From contig CDRNST010000144.1 of assembly GCA_977016875.1 (NCBI GenBank), forward strand, positions 6,262,001 through 6,326,000: a DNA stretch of 64,000 bases. Reading direction: 5' to 3'. The translations under genes were made by a program, and so were the position numbers. How positions within the stretch are numbered: position 1 is the first letter of the stretch; the number at the start of each line of letters is the position of its first letter. Below are positions 36,346 to 49,100 of this stretch, in pieces. The DNA is from Pavona decussata. Lineage: Eukaryota. A model generated the notes under the pieces. The model saw nothing but the letters and a program-made list of their open reading frames with translations, had not been told where the DNA came from and ran no database searches.

Positions 36346-37845
36346 ATATGAAATGTGAAACGTGTCCTTATATTGGAGACGGATTATTATCGGAAGAATT
36401 TTAGGTTGATTCGGCGTACTGGGTGGCATAAGTCTCAGTCATTTCATGAAAGAAGTATTTCATGTCTTTTTTATTTATCAATTCGCTTACTTTGAACGAA
36501 GCAGAAATAAAAGGAAAAAGACGTGAAGAAAACTCCCATTTACATAAATTTGCTGAAAAGCCTAAGGGTCGTTGTCTTCTGGTAAGAATTTCGTCTGAAA
36601 GGTTCTCTCGTTGACCATTTGTGAATATAAGTTTGTCTCCATGAATGCACCTAAACACCGACAATTTATGTCGAAGATAACATCATATACGCATATTTAA
36701 ATTAGGATGAAAGCGACAATATTTTCGTAGTACAGAACTTACCTTGTCACAATAATGAATTCTTGCGTAAAGATCTCCAGTGGCCTTTGTTAGGGCTAAA
36801 TTCTGTTGTTATTTCAGTGCCCCATAAGCAAATGTTAAACCTGGACGTAATGGTTTGTTTATGCTGTCTTCTCACTCACCAAGCTGAAATTTTCTAGAAG
36901 CTGTTAACATGATATGATAGCACTGAATTATTAAAAAACCTAACATCACCTTGACATTGTGTCCAAATGGAAATGTGCAGTCTAATGGAATTAAAAATTG
37001 GTTGAATTTTATTAAATTTTCAATATCTCAGAAGTGCGCAATTTGCTCTTCAATTATGAGTTTTCGCATCTCTTATTTCTAAAAGTCTGTAACTGGCAAT
37101 CGCAAATCGGCCTTTTTTTTCCTTTCTTCAGCTGAAAAAAGGGCAATCTAACCGTTCAAGTGAGCGGGTAAATAACCTTTCGAAATAATGCCTGTCCCGG
37201 CGCATTTCTAACGTGCACCTCAATTACAGACTTTAAAGAAAGACACTTTGGTGTGCGAGACTTTCATCTTAGGCGCAAATGGCCTATCCTTGTTTCTTTC
37301 TTTTAGTAATAGTTACTCAGTAAATTATTTAGGCACGATTTTAATAAATATCAGCATATTCTGTTTCAAAAACACTTTTGGCAAAAAAGTACGTCTAATG
37401 ACGAACATGAAAAAAAGAAACCACATGTTCTTCCTTGGCATTTTTTCAAGCCTTGTGCGGCTCGAGATATCCTTAATTTCAACGCGTTCGTTTATTACAA
37501 CTCACTGTTTAAATATTTGAGATGTCATTGAGACGTTCCGAGGTCAGAACTTCCTCAGATCATTTCCAACATCTCGCAATAAAGGCTTTCTTCTTTGGGT
37601 TATCAGCAGGAGAAAGTAAAATGCTAACAAAAATATCAAGGAGGACGAAGAGGAGGGGAGTAGGAGCATAGGGATGATCTTAAATCTTCTTGAATCATGC
37701 TAGTAACTTGACTAATGGGAAATGGAATCAGGCCAGATGGCAACTGAAAATTTTTCAATCTTTCTAATGTTCCATTATATGTTTAACCTCGAATTTCTCG
37801 TTTCCAGAGTTGAATAACTTAACGTGAACGCTACTAATGGTTTAA

Positions 37846-38181
37846 AGGGTCGGCTACCAAGGGGATTTTGCTATTTTACGCCCGAAGTTGTTCCCAGCGC
37901 TGTGAGAAGAAACTACCAAGTGATTTTTATACAAAAAAAGACCATACCAGCTTTAAGTAACTTTTCCAGAATAAAAAATAGAAAAAAAAAATCGAAAAAA
38001 AGGGCATAATTTTTCAAGTTTGTAATCCATTTCTATCCTGGCCATCTGCAGACAAATATAATTAACACTGGTGTCTGTGTACTAGAGGAGTAATTGTGAA
38101 CAAAACTGGACCATTATTTTAACGTTGCCATTAATGCAGATTTATTTTTTGGGCTATTCAAAGTGACACGGCATTGCCCCG
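37846..38181. mobile_element. Degenerate TTAA-flanked MITE, family B-like
   Basis: TTAA-AGGGTCGGCTACCAAGGGGATTTTGC start and GGCATTGCCCC end; internal TTTTTCAAGTTT..AATC also present in the 8086-8454 copy. Confidence 0.5.
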
Positions 38182-39412
38182 TTCATAATTGCTCCTTACA
38201 AATTCTTTATGAAACCTGCTGTGGTTTGGTCAAGATCAAGAGCAAGAGTAAGGCCTCGTTTTTCCTTCAAAACGTAAGTACAAGCATAAAAATACATGTT
38301 TGGGCTTACGCCTGCGTTGAAAAGCAAGTTTAACGAAAACTTTCACCTTACTGCATGAGCATTGCGTTCATCTGATTTCAAGCTCAACCCTGAGACGTGA
38401 GAAAAACTGTTCCATGGACGATCTCTCGTGGAGCACAGCTCGGGGGATTGGGGTGAGGTACTCCTCGGCATCTTTGGTTCAATGGGGGCGTGCGCCCTGG
38501 TCCTACAAACCCTGTCCCTCTTTCAGGTATGTAATTTTCTAATAACTGTTTTCAGGCTGGACCTGGCCTCTAAAATCCATACCCGTGTTTAGACCGAAAT
38601 GGATATAATTAATGCCATTTTCAGACCAAAGAAGCTCAAAAACCATAATCCTATAGGGGAGGAGTTACCTCAGGGTTGTCCAGTATTCCCTTTCTTTTCC
38701 ACATTTTTGGATAGGAGATTTCACCCCCAAAAACCCCTCATTTCACCCCCCCTCCGCCCCTCCCCGCCAAAAGCTCTTGCCCGACGTCCAGATTTCGCAA
38801 ATAAAACTATGTTTAAACACAACGCCCACGCCCGGGATATTGCCAGCCATAATGAACTAAAATAATGGACCGGTCATTATTAATCACCTTTGGTGGGTCG
38901 GAGGATTTTGGCCAGGGAAGAAGGGGGGAGGGTTATTATATTTCGGTATCAATGAAAGGGGAGATTACTCAGTTACGCTGAGACAAAGGGGGGGTTTGTC
39001 AGCTTTGAAGCAATTTATTTTCATCTTGTACTATAACGATAAATTTCATGCTGAAGATTACTGCCAAAATAGCTTCGATACTTGAAATTTTGGTCAATTG
39101 TAGCCAGGTTAAATTTCATAGCGTGTGGTGCTTTTAAAATACAAAACGTTCCCAGTTGGTATGACGCCAGTCCCTCCTAGATGCTCCGGGGCCATGGAAA
39201 GGGTTTTAATGATTGAATTTGACGGTTGTTTTCAGCTTTCCATGCATTTGCATTGTGTCTATGTTTTTCTGAAGATATTTCAGCTGAATGTATGGAAAAT
39301 TTACACCGCCGTAGTGTAAGAACTGAGAAACAGACCGAGATGGAGATTTTTTGGTGTGTTGAAGTAAAATTATAAAGTGAGGCTGGAGGGTTGGGCTGTA
39401 TAAGGAATTTTG

Positions 39413-39666
39413 GGGTGCTTACCATTTACAGGGAAAACCCAAACATTCCGGCTGGAAAATCAAATGGTACAAGTCGGGCCATTTGGAACATTTCTGAAGG
39501 ATGGGCTCCCCGTCAAAGTGAGTCAAGTGATGCACTTCTACTGCTCCTTTTGGGATTTCCACTTGATGCTGATACATTTTGCACGTTATCCGTCTACTGT
39601 TAAAAACAAGCTAAATCATTTCATATTTACGTCGAAAATTTCCCACCGAGGGGCTGGTAAGCGCCC
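39413..39666. mobile_element. MITE (GGG..CCC termini, PIF/Harbinger-like)
   Basis: GGGTGCTTACCA ... TGGTAAGCGCCC; a related left end at ~11161 (GGGCACTTACAATTTA). Confidence 0.6.
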
Positions 39667-39984
39667 ATGGTGTCCATTCAGGGAGTGCATAATAGGACAG
39701 TTCTTGAGGAGGGATCAGATATTTTAACCTAGTTTCACCCGAAAAGCCTCCGACCATCACAGGCGATAAATAATGACAGATTGCTAATATGTTTCTTAAA
39801 AATTGATTGTAGGAAAATAACTGACATACAAAAGTCAAAACTCAGTTGTTTTCTCCCACAATATAATCTTATCTATTTCACCTAAATTCATTCATATTTG
39901 TAAATCACCATCAAGACCAAAATTATAACCGAACACGTATGACCTGTTCATTTAGGATGGATCAGAGAATTTGCTCTGCAGTGT

Positions 39985-40137
39985 CTGTTAAGGTGCTAAA
40001 GTGAACCCATGAATTTCCCACTAAGCGTTAGCCCTCGTAAGGAAATGGGAGACCGCACGAGGCAAAGAAAAAAATCTCGGATCTCGGCGTGAATCGAACC
40101 CACGACCTCCAGATTTAATCGTACATTAGTCTACCGA
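39985..40137 (-). mobile_element. tRNA-derived SINE-like repeat (third family); second copy at 62167-62275
   Basis: Both copies share GCGTTAGC..GTAAGGAAATGGGAGACCGCA and a reverse B-box (GAATCGAACCCAC). Confidence 0.7.
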
Positions 40138-43001
40138 ATCCACATAACTGACGGTGACTAGACCAATACGGAGAAAAAAGACTTATTCGAGACTTTGTTT
40201 GGCCTGAATTAGCTTTGATAAGAATGAAAGAAATCCATGAAACGAAGGAATCAACTTATCTTTTGCTGTACTGTGGGGCATTGGAACAGCTCGGTCATCC
40301 CTGCCGTGGGACATTTGCCGTTTTTTTTCTTTTTAAAGAATCCCGTGCCCGGGGGTCAGCCTGGGGGGTGTGGGTAGGGGGTGGTATGGGCCCTGCTGGA
40401 AATGACTGATGCATTAGGGAAGAGCCTGTATTAGTCTTAATTCTTGAAGGAAGGGAGACTCCTTCTGCCACTGATTTGGGGAATTTTGATTGATTTCGCC
40501 GATTCTAATTGTTACCCTTCCCGTTATATTTATTTCGTTACCTACCACACACAAACCTAATAGTCCCAAGCTCTCTCCTATACATTTCGTGTAGCTTTGG
40601 TTGGGAGAATTTAATCATATACGAGTTTGGATCCATAGATGCGAGGTTGATTTTTTTAGCACTTTTATTACAGTTGATTTGGTAAAAGGGGCTAATTAAA
40701 GTGGCACTTGCTGTTTGTGTAAACTTTTCGTGGTCATTTCCCAAAATCCACATACAGCTTTTTGATGTAAAAAGGAAGGAACCACATCGTTCCAATCGAT
40801 AACAGAATTGGAATGGCGGACGAATGGCTTCTTGCAATTAATTTAAGAGTTCAAAATATTTATCCCCCGTCCCCCATTCCAGAAAAGTATTCGGATGGTA
40901 AGGTCCACTGAATGTGATTTCTCATCTCAAAGGAAAAGTTCGCAATGTATGTGTACATGAAACCCATGCGCTCCAGTTGGCCAATAAGCCGTGTTTTATC
41001 AGCGCATCAAAAAATGCTTTCTTGGTTTCTCATTCCCTGGGAATCGAGAAAGATTGCGAAAAGATAAACGCCAAGAAATAAAGCTTCTGAATTCTTTTCC
41101 ACTCAACTTTTTGTTTTTATATCATTTAGTAATAAAAAGGCAAAACGATATATTGTATGGCTATGAGAAATGACCGACACTTGAGGACACAAGAAAGATG
41201 CCAACTCGAGTCGAGATCTCAAATCTGTATCCGTTACACAACAGTCGAAAAATACGGACTGAAAAAACTTTGGCGTGGTCAAGAAGGTAAGACAAGCCAA
41301 GGACAGCGCGCAAATCAAGAGAAACCACACAAATGTTGCAAACGTTTTCCTATTTGAATTTAATTTAATGTTTTATTCTATAAATCCGCGTCTCAGACTA
41401 AACTACTGTGGTTCAATCTCCCAAACTTAGTTCTCTAAAGGATTTCGTCCCCTTTTCTTTTAATAAATAGTGATTACCTTTTAATAGTACAATATATCCT
41501 CTTTTTCCAAAAAAGTATCTTAATTTAGTCTTACCCCACTAACAGGGCTCTAAAATTGTTTTACAAAACTTTATACTACAAAGATACATCTTTTTCGGGT
41601 ACTGTCATGGTTAAACGGTGGGTTAACGTGTCGCTATTTCCAACTGGTTTTGATTAAAGTTAATGTTAATATGTTTGATTAATGTTAATATGCTGATTAG
41701 AAAATATCAAATCTCAATGCTATTCATGTCAGTAAAATTAACTTCTCTTTTTTTTTCCAAATAAATTATATTATCTTAGGAAAAAATATTCCACAGAACG
41801 GTTTCAAAAGCAAGTGAGTGCAAAGACGTTTTACTGAACGTTGAAACCGAGTTCACGTGTCGCTGACTCGTTCCCAGCAGATTAACATGTCCTTTCATGG
41901 GTCAAGATAGGTGATAGTAATAGAAACTGGGCAAATTTGGTACATATGTCAGGAAAACACTTATCTTTGTATGCCAGTGTGGAAAGAGGTTCCAAATAAC
42001 CAAATTGACGTCTGAAAATGACGAAATTTGTGAATCCATCGTTTTGATGACGAAGCACAGGTTTAAAGTCACGACATGTGTATCGTTATTAAGCTAGGTT
42101 AGGACACAAACGATGATTGTTCCACAAAGCGCATTAAAAGGAGAAGTGTCGTTATTCCAGATCTTCAAGAGAAGCCTGGGAATTTCTTTCCAAAATTATG
42201 TCAACCTGCGGTTTCCAAAAATTTCAATATTTTTCCGACCAAACGGAAGACAAAAACGCATGGGAGTGAGTCCTGTAGATAACACTTCCCCTTTGGTTAG
42301 CCTGAGCCAGTGCGCATGTCCACTTCCTGGAAATCAACTGAATGAACCTGCAAAGTTTAATTCTCAGGTATAACTGAGTTCATCACGATAGTTTATGTAT
42401 AGCATTTCGAGAATGGTGGGATCTACTATAAAATGTTCATAATCTTGAACGGATTTAGAAACTTTAGAACGGTTAAAAAATTAGTATAATTATATATTAT
42501 TTTTTTCGAGTCGATGACTTGATGACAAATTAGTGAAAAAGATGTAATAGCAAGCAGTTACTTTGGATAAAGTTATACTTGCATTAGATGTTAAACCTGC
42601 CAAAGGTAGATGAAAAACGTTTGGCGACTAGAATACATAAACATAGACAAACATACATCATTACCTTGTTTAGAAAACTGCTCAGTGATATCAGAATGTG
42701 ACAATAGTGACTTTAGTGTGAAGGTGTTTTGTTAGTGCTCAATATCGCATTTATTCTAAATTAGCCGTTGAGAGAACTAGAAAAGCTTAATAATCACTAG
42801 CGTCGAAAACTATCTATCTTTAGGAGAACATAACTTAAAACTGAAGAAGCATCAAGTAATGAAAATGAAATCCTCATCAATTTGATTCTTATACTGGAGA
42901 TAGTTCTTACTTCTATTGTCGGCAATGACTGTCACTAAGCACTTTTATAAACTAAAACTGTTTTCCTGGATCCCGCCCCCAGGCAGAAATATCAACACTA
43001 T

Positions 43002-43654
43002 TTACACAAACGATTTACATGGATCTCTATAAATATGATGGTCTGTGTGAAAATTCGTTTTTGGCGGCATTTCTTTCAGCATCCAGTCCCCATAATATTT
43101 TTTCTCTGGAGCTCGAAACTCCTGCGGAATACCGACAGGATATCTGTCACATCTTAGGCATTCTGGACAGTCATAGGGTATCTCATCCCTTGGCACCATC
43201 CTTTCCACCACCCTGACAGGCGAACAATCGCTAGCAGAGTTGCTTCCTGATGCAGAATCAAGTTCAGAAATCTCCCCGCAAGTACAGCGCGGAACACGAT
43301 CCGCATCACAAATAAATTCTGTCCTTCGAGTCCGTTTTCTATGCGATGATCTTCTTGAATGTTTTTTCACTCTTTGATTATGACAGCCTTTAAGAGGTTC
43401 GCTGCTGGATGCCTCGTCATCAAGAGGAGACGCCGTTCCCGTGGATCTTAGTGTGGACTCAGAGGTGCTTGAACTACCGCTGGATGGTGCAGAGAGGTGT
43501 TTGTGCTGACGACGAATCTTCGTGAATACAATAAACAGAAGAACACCGAAGACAAGTACCGCAAAGATAAAGACCGCGAGGAAAATTACTTCTTGATTTC
43601 CTAACTTGTTTCTGCGGAGCACTGGCCTCGCTTGAACAGGCACGGGTTCAGCAG
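43002..43654 (-). CDS. THSD1: gogo/THSD1-like receptor, last exon (TM helix and cytoplasmic tail); joined CDS 2214 nt = 737 aa
   Basis: Acceptor TTTCCGTCTTTTCTCAG| in a frame compatible with exon 4. VIFLAVFIFAVLVFGVLLFIVF followed by basic KIRR, Ser-rich tail, ends KSFV-TAA. Confidence 0.9.
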
Positions 43655-44167
43655 CTGAGAAAAGACGGAAATAAAAACAATATTAAATTGAAACATGCTT
43701 AATACGGGTGCAGTGTAAATTGGGCCCCCACCCACACGTTTCCTAGACAATTAAGAGGATTGTTCCAAAACCAAGATAAAACGTACAGAGCAATGTGCAT
43801 GACAGTAATAGTGCAAGACAACATGGTGGATCAAATTGAACAAAACATGGTCATGGTGAACTCAATATTCGTCGTCTTTGCACATCATATATTCTGCGAT
43901 AAACAAAATTTCATCTGTCCGGAAGAAGAATGTAACAAATGATGATCATCTCCAGCCTTTCTGCAATAGTACTGCGCTTTGTTATCAATATGTTGAACAA
44001 TAAAATAAAACAATTATCCTGCTCAATCTTGGAGAATATCGGCTGATGTTAGCCCACTCGGCCTACAGCCTCGTCGGTCGGCTAATTATCAGGAGATATT
44101 CCGCGTGGATTAGGTTTTGTTGCCTGTATCAAAAAATACACGCTGCTCACATTTGAATACTACTTAC

Positions 44168-44518
44168 TTTCTGCCCTGTAAGACGCGGTGAATCCTCTTC
44201 GTGTACCATTTGTCCAGATTCCGTTGTGCTTGTAAAATATGTACATACTGTTACCGGTAGAAATTATCGCCTCTTTGAGCTTATCGTTTTTGATAATGGT
44301 TATTTGCGGTGCGCTAGAATCGCTTCCATCTCGTATTATAATCGAGTCTCCGTTCATTTTCAAGGCGTCAAACCACAACCTGACCCTACTCCCCAAACGT
44401 AGTCTTATCACCCACGTACAGGTGGAAGGTCCCAGGCGAGGGAAAAGCTGCGGAGATGACGTAATCATTCCCTGAGGTTCAGTCAGTAGGCACCCACAGT
44501 AACAACGGGATCCTGAAA
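44168..44518 (-). CDS. THSD1: gogo/THSD1-like receptor, exon 4 (CUB domain)
   Basis: VSGSRCYCGCLLTEPQGMITSSPQ...CTWVI...VRLWF...DSIIIRDG...IISTGNSMYI...RGFTASY is a CUB pattern. Acceptor CCAG opens at 44518 (alternative in-frame CAG opens at 44512); donor A|GTAAGT. Confidence 0.9.
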
Positions 44519-45484
44519 CTGGAATGTTTAATAACTCATTAAAGGCGTGAGTTTACGAGTTTATCTGTAGCTTGACAAGATTTTTAATTATAAATAGTCA
44601 CCTTATACTTGTAAATACTACATATCTTTAGTCAGCTCGATTAGCTTTTTACTTATACTGAGTAAATTTGCCTATTTTTGTATTAGTACAAAACTATATC
44701 ATGTTGTAAATTAAGACTTTAAATTTTTTTATTTCAGTTCAGCACCCATCAAATTTTTACAAACACTAGAGGCAGACATAATAATTACACAAGTAGATAA
44801 GTGATTAAGAAAGACAGCAAGAAAAAACATCAAAAAAATTCGACTAAAAGAAAGACCACAGGCTCATGGACTCTTGAACAATGTTTTGAACGTAACTAAA
44901 GAAAATGAACCTTACAACTTCCCTGCGTTCAAAGCTTGACAAAGTACTTTCATTGAATGGCAAAATTAAAATGCCTCATTTAAGACTGAAAGTTTTAGTC
45001 TGCGTACCAGGCGTTTCATGCGTTTTGCGCCGCAAAAGTGGAGTCCGAGCAAAATTTCCAGTTTTATAGAGTAAAACCTATGGAAACGCTTTGTAAGGAA
45101 ATGCTTTCCACGCAAGCTTTAAAAGTTACAACCATCCAGCACAGCGTAATAAACAGCACCACAGGAATATGCTGCCGAATAGCTTTCATGGGAAGTTCAC
45201 ATCCACAGACGCAACACGTAGAACCGCCTTGTACATGATAAACAGTACCAAGAGCCATATTCTCCTGACAATACCAAAATACCAAAAGGGACTAAGCCGT
45301 ACATGCAGCTCTCAGGTGAGTTAAGTCACAATACTTTACCTCTCCATAAGAACAGTTACACTTCAAACATCAGGTGTATACCCAAAGTTAGAAACCTGAT
45401 ATTTTGTGACTCAAGGACTGAAATAATTTGAAACAAACATCTTTAAGAACACAGAACGCAATGGCTATGTTTTATGTTTCGTAC

Positions 45485-45664
45485 CTGGACAAGGGCTGAG
45501 TGCGCATGATCTGGACATCAGGGCTTTCCCTGCGCACGTGGATTTCCTGTCTTTTGAGGTGCTGACACTCAAACAGTACCGATATCTGTGCTGCTTGCCC
45601 TCGCCACATGAGCTAGAGCACAGGCCCCAAGACGACCACGAACTCCAGCCAACGTTCGAGGTAC
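45485..45664 (-). CDS. THSD1: gogo/THSD1-like receptor, exon 3 (thrombospondin type-1 repeat); absent from the ORF track
   Basis: 180-nt phase 1-1 exon, TTTTCGCAG| to CCAG|GTACG, translating GTSNVGWSSWSSWGLCSSSCGEGKQHRYRYCLSVSTSKDRKSTCAGKALMSRSCALSPCP: canonical WxxWxxWxxCSxxCGxGxQxRxRxC. Confidence 0.93.
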
Positions 45665-46069
45665 CTGCGAAAATATTTCAAAACAAATTAAGACTAGGAA
45701 GAGTATAGGAAATATATATTATTTCCAACAATTTCCATTTAAAATGGGATGGGACTATTAGTTTCTAGAAACAAGAGGCTGAAACTGAACACTCAAGCTG
45801 ACTCGTGCCAAACCTTTTGTTTAAAAGCTGAACATATTTGCACTTTCACGCCTTCATTCATTGTATTGTTCTTAACGAATTATCTACATACTCACAAACC
45901 AGTAATTGTGTATTCATTGTAATGACGACATGGAGTCGTCGAAACGTCGGATTTTCTTATCGCTAATTATCATATTAAAATGATTTTTGTTCGATAAGAA
46001 GAAATCTCCGTTTTCCTCTATTTGGCAGTAGCTGACTGTCTTACTAACTGAGCCGGTAAGGAAGGCAAT

Positions 46070-46123
<54 letters not shown>
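46070..46123. repeat. (AT)n microsatellite
   Basis: Read directly. Confidence 0.95.
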
Positions 46124-46130
<7 letters not shown>

Positions 46131-49100
46131 ATGTAAAATTGCACTTAATGTGTCTTTCGACAAACTCGACGCATTCTCTAAATTTGTTTATGGTTCGAGA
46201 TATCGTTCGGGCTTTTCGCTAATGATGCAAACCGCCTAGATCACGGATTCATGATAATATGACAACGTTGTAGTTTTCATTTTACAGCGGAAATCCTTCA
46301 AGTACCTACACTCGGACTTTCGTAAAAAAAAAACACTTGCTCTCACATATTTTGAACTTGAGCCGATATTATTTGCCTTGGCAAATACACTCTTGTGTTG
46401 GCCGGTAATGAATTGATTGACGTAAGGGAAAAACTTGAAGTTAACCTTCTTGAGAACTGTGAGTGCGATATTTCTGTTTACAATGACCCAACTGAGATAG
46501 TACGTGATGTTGTTATGAACCAAACACGTAAGGACCTGAATTGTCATTAATCACCCGATGGGTTTTTTCAAAGCCCAGAAGACATTTAACCTGACAATTA
46601 CATTCATTCAAACAGTTTCTATGGAGAAAGGGCAGTTTTTTGTGCTGCCCATACCCAATATTTTTTATAAAATTATACGTTTTTGGGCTTCAACACAGCT
46701 CACAAACACAACATGAGTAAATATTAGTTGCAGTTGTTCATCAAATGGTTCACAAGATTTATTTCCGTATCGCATTTGAAGTTCGTTTCGATATTACCTT
46801 TGGTCTTCGGAAAATAAAGCTTTCAGTATTTTAGAAATAAGAAAAACTTTTTCTGAATAAAATCAACAACTCTGCATTCGAAGAGTTTGATGATTTGAAA
46901 AACGTTCATTATTTTACAGATTATCAATAAAAATAACTACACGTTACACCATAATAGCACGCACATGGTTTTGTGTGAATAACGTTCTCTTTAACCAAAA
47001 TCTTGAGGTTATTTTTTTTTAGACACAATATAAAAATATGTCCATGGGGGGTATTGAAAAGTACACTAAAAAACGTTTCCAGACAGTAGCAACCGCTGTA
47101 CAATAATTAGAAGAAAGTCTGCCAATTATGCTGACAACAACGAGATAATACTACATGAGCTGGACCATGGAATTGCTGAATTGAATTCATCTATTAACTA
47201 GTTTCTGACTCAAATCACGTTTTTCACTACAGTGTTTACTTTCCTCAGTCGTGACGTCTTGAAAGAAAACGCTTTTGGCAACGATTTACGCCGGGTACAT
47301 CCGACAATACGCGGTACTGAATGCCTCTCGTTTACTTTGCTTTGCAACAAAATCACAAAACAAATCTTTTTGGCTTTGCTCAGTCGGAATGAGTTATTCA
47401 ACACCCAGACTGAGGAGCTGTAGGATTTGCAGTTAAAATAAGAAAAAAAGTTAAAATGAAAATATTATATGGGGCCGTTCAATATTTATTTTAATGAAAA
47501 CACAATTCGGTCATAATTGTTACTTATATTTATCCAAAACTTTGTGAAATGGTGTTGCACATTGTCATAGGTTAGTACTACTGCCATTAACGACTGACCG
47601 AAAGGATATTAAGGTCGACCGCAAGGCTTTAAACGGATTAAAAGATAACCCGTTTCTCCTTCTGCCTGGGCTACTTTTGTTTCTAGTTGTAAACTGATTA
47701 ACCGATTGGCTAGTAACTCAGCTACATCACCGTCGCCTATCTCGCCAAGAATATTTCTCACAAATAATTCTTGTACTCGCCTCAAGGCTAAATTCGTCTA
47801 TTTTAAAAGCACTTTAAGAATGAATTATTGCTTGACAAAGTGCTAATTTATCATGTTTATATTATAAGTAAAGAGAAACAAAAGGAAACTTAATAGCCTG
47901 CTCACGGAAATTTCAAATTTCGGATCACGGAAAATGAGTTCACCCTACTTCTGTTCACTCACAAGTACGCAGATTTTTATTTCAAACGAAAATCGTTTGA
48001 GGGTGGGAATTTTTTTATGGCTCTCTATCGATACGAAAGCAAACTTTGTATTCATGAAACAGAAAGAAAATATTGGCACCGGGTTTTGGCGCCACAAAGT
48101 CTAGTCTTAAGTATTCTTTCCTCTTTATTAACCCTAAAATAGCTTTGTACAAAAAATCCTTTTCCGGAACTTTCTAAGAGGATTGAAAGTCTTTGTATTG
48201 AAAGTCTACCTATAATTTCTGATCTGGATTACGCGTTTCAATTGTTTGAGTAATACGTTCTTGTACCCAAAGATATTCTTTCCATCGCTAAAGAAAAGAA
48301 AAGTGTTTCGTGATGTTAGAGAAATAAACTTTATGCGGGGTGTGTGTGGTTGACTAATATCTGTAATTGATTTTTCATTAATTATACGTAACGTGACTGG
48401 TGCGTGACCAGGTGAATACAAATCAAAGTCACGAAATCGGCATGACAAATTCTACTGTCAATTTGACGTACTCAAGATCCCTCTACATGAAGTCAGCTGA
48501 GACTCAGGTGCGGGGATCTGACGTAGCACGACCTGATTTTCTTTTTTTTATCGAGCTTACCACTATTTATAACATTTGTCATATATTTTCAGTTGCGATT
48601 ACATATTTAACAGAACATGCATGTCGACCACGAGTTTTTCGTTCGGAAATAAGTCAAATTTATCACCAAATTTATTACAGTGAAATTTGTAAAATTTGCC
48701 AGAGCTATTCTTCTGCTCACTGCATTTTTCATCTATTGAAATTGCTTTCGTAGTATTTTAATTTGCCCTTTCCGACAGAAATACAATACTGAAGAATACA
48801 TGCAGAACGAAATATTCCTTTGTAAAGCGATAGCTAATAGTGTTTGTTTTCCATGACACCTTATATGGCAAAATTGCCTGCTTCGCTATCTATATTTTCT
48901 TCTTATCATGATCACCTAATCTTTCTTGTTACATCATATTTTTAGATACCATTTTGAAAATCTTAGCGTATTACTCTTCCAGCTAATGAGGCACCTCAAG
49001 GGGCTCCCTAATTTACGAGAACGTTTTCCCTATTAGATTTTTCTGCAGTATAATATAGGCCTTTTCATCCACAACTTATGATGATAAGTGTCAAGCATGC

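Noticed and set aside
45064-45285. ORF containing GSTCCVCGCELP, resembling the start of the CUB exon
   Set aside because: The nearest good acceptor gives a different frame that stops early, and the gene model is complete without it.
45917-45950. Possible Penelope-type hammerhead ribozyme (GACGAC-ATGGA-GTCGTC-GAAACGTC)
   Set aside because: Stem plus GAAAC is present but the CUGANGA core is not (TTGTAAT precedes the stem); at most a decayed remnant.
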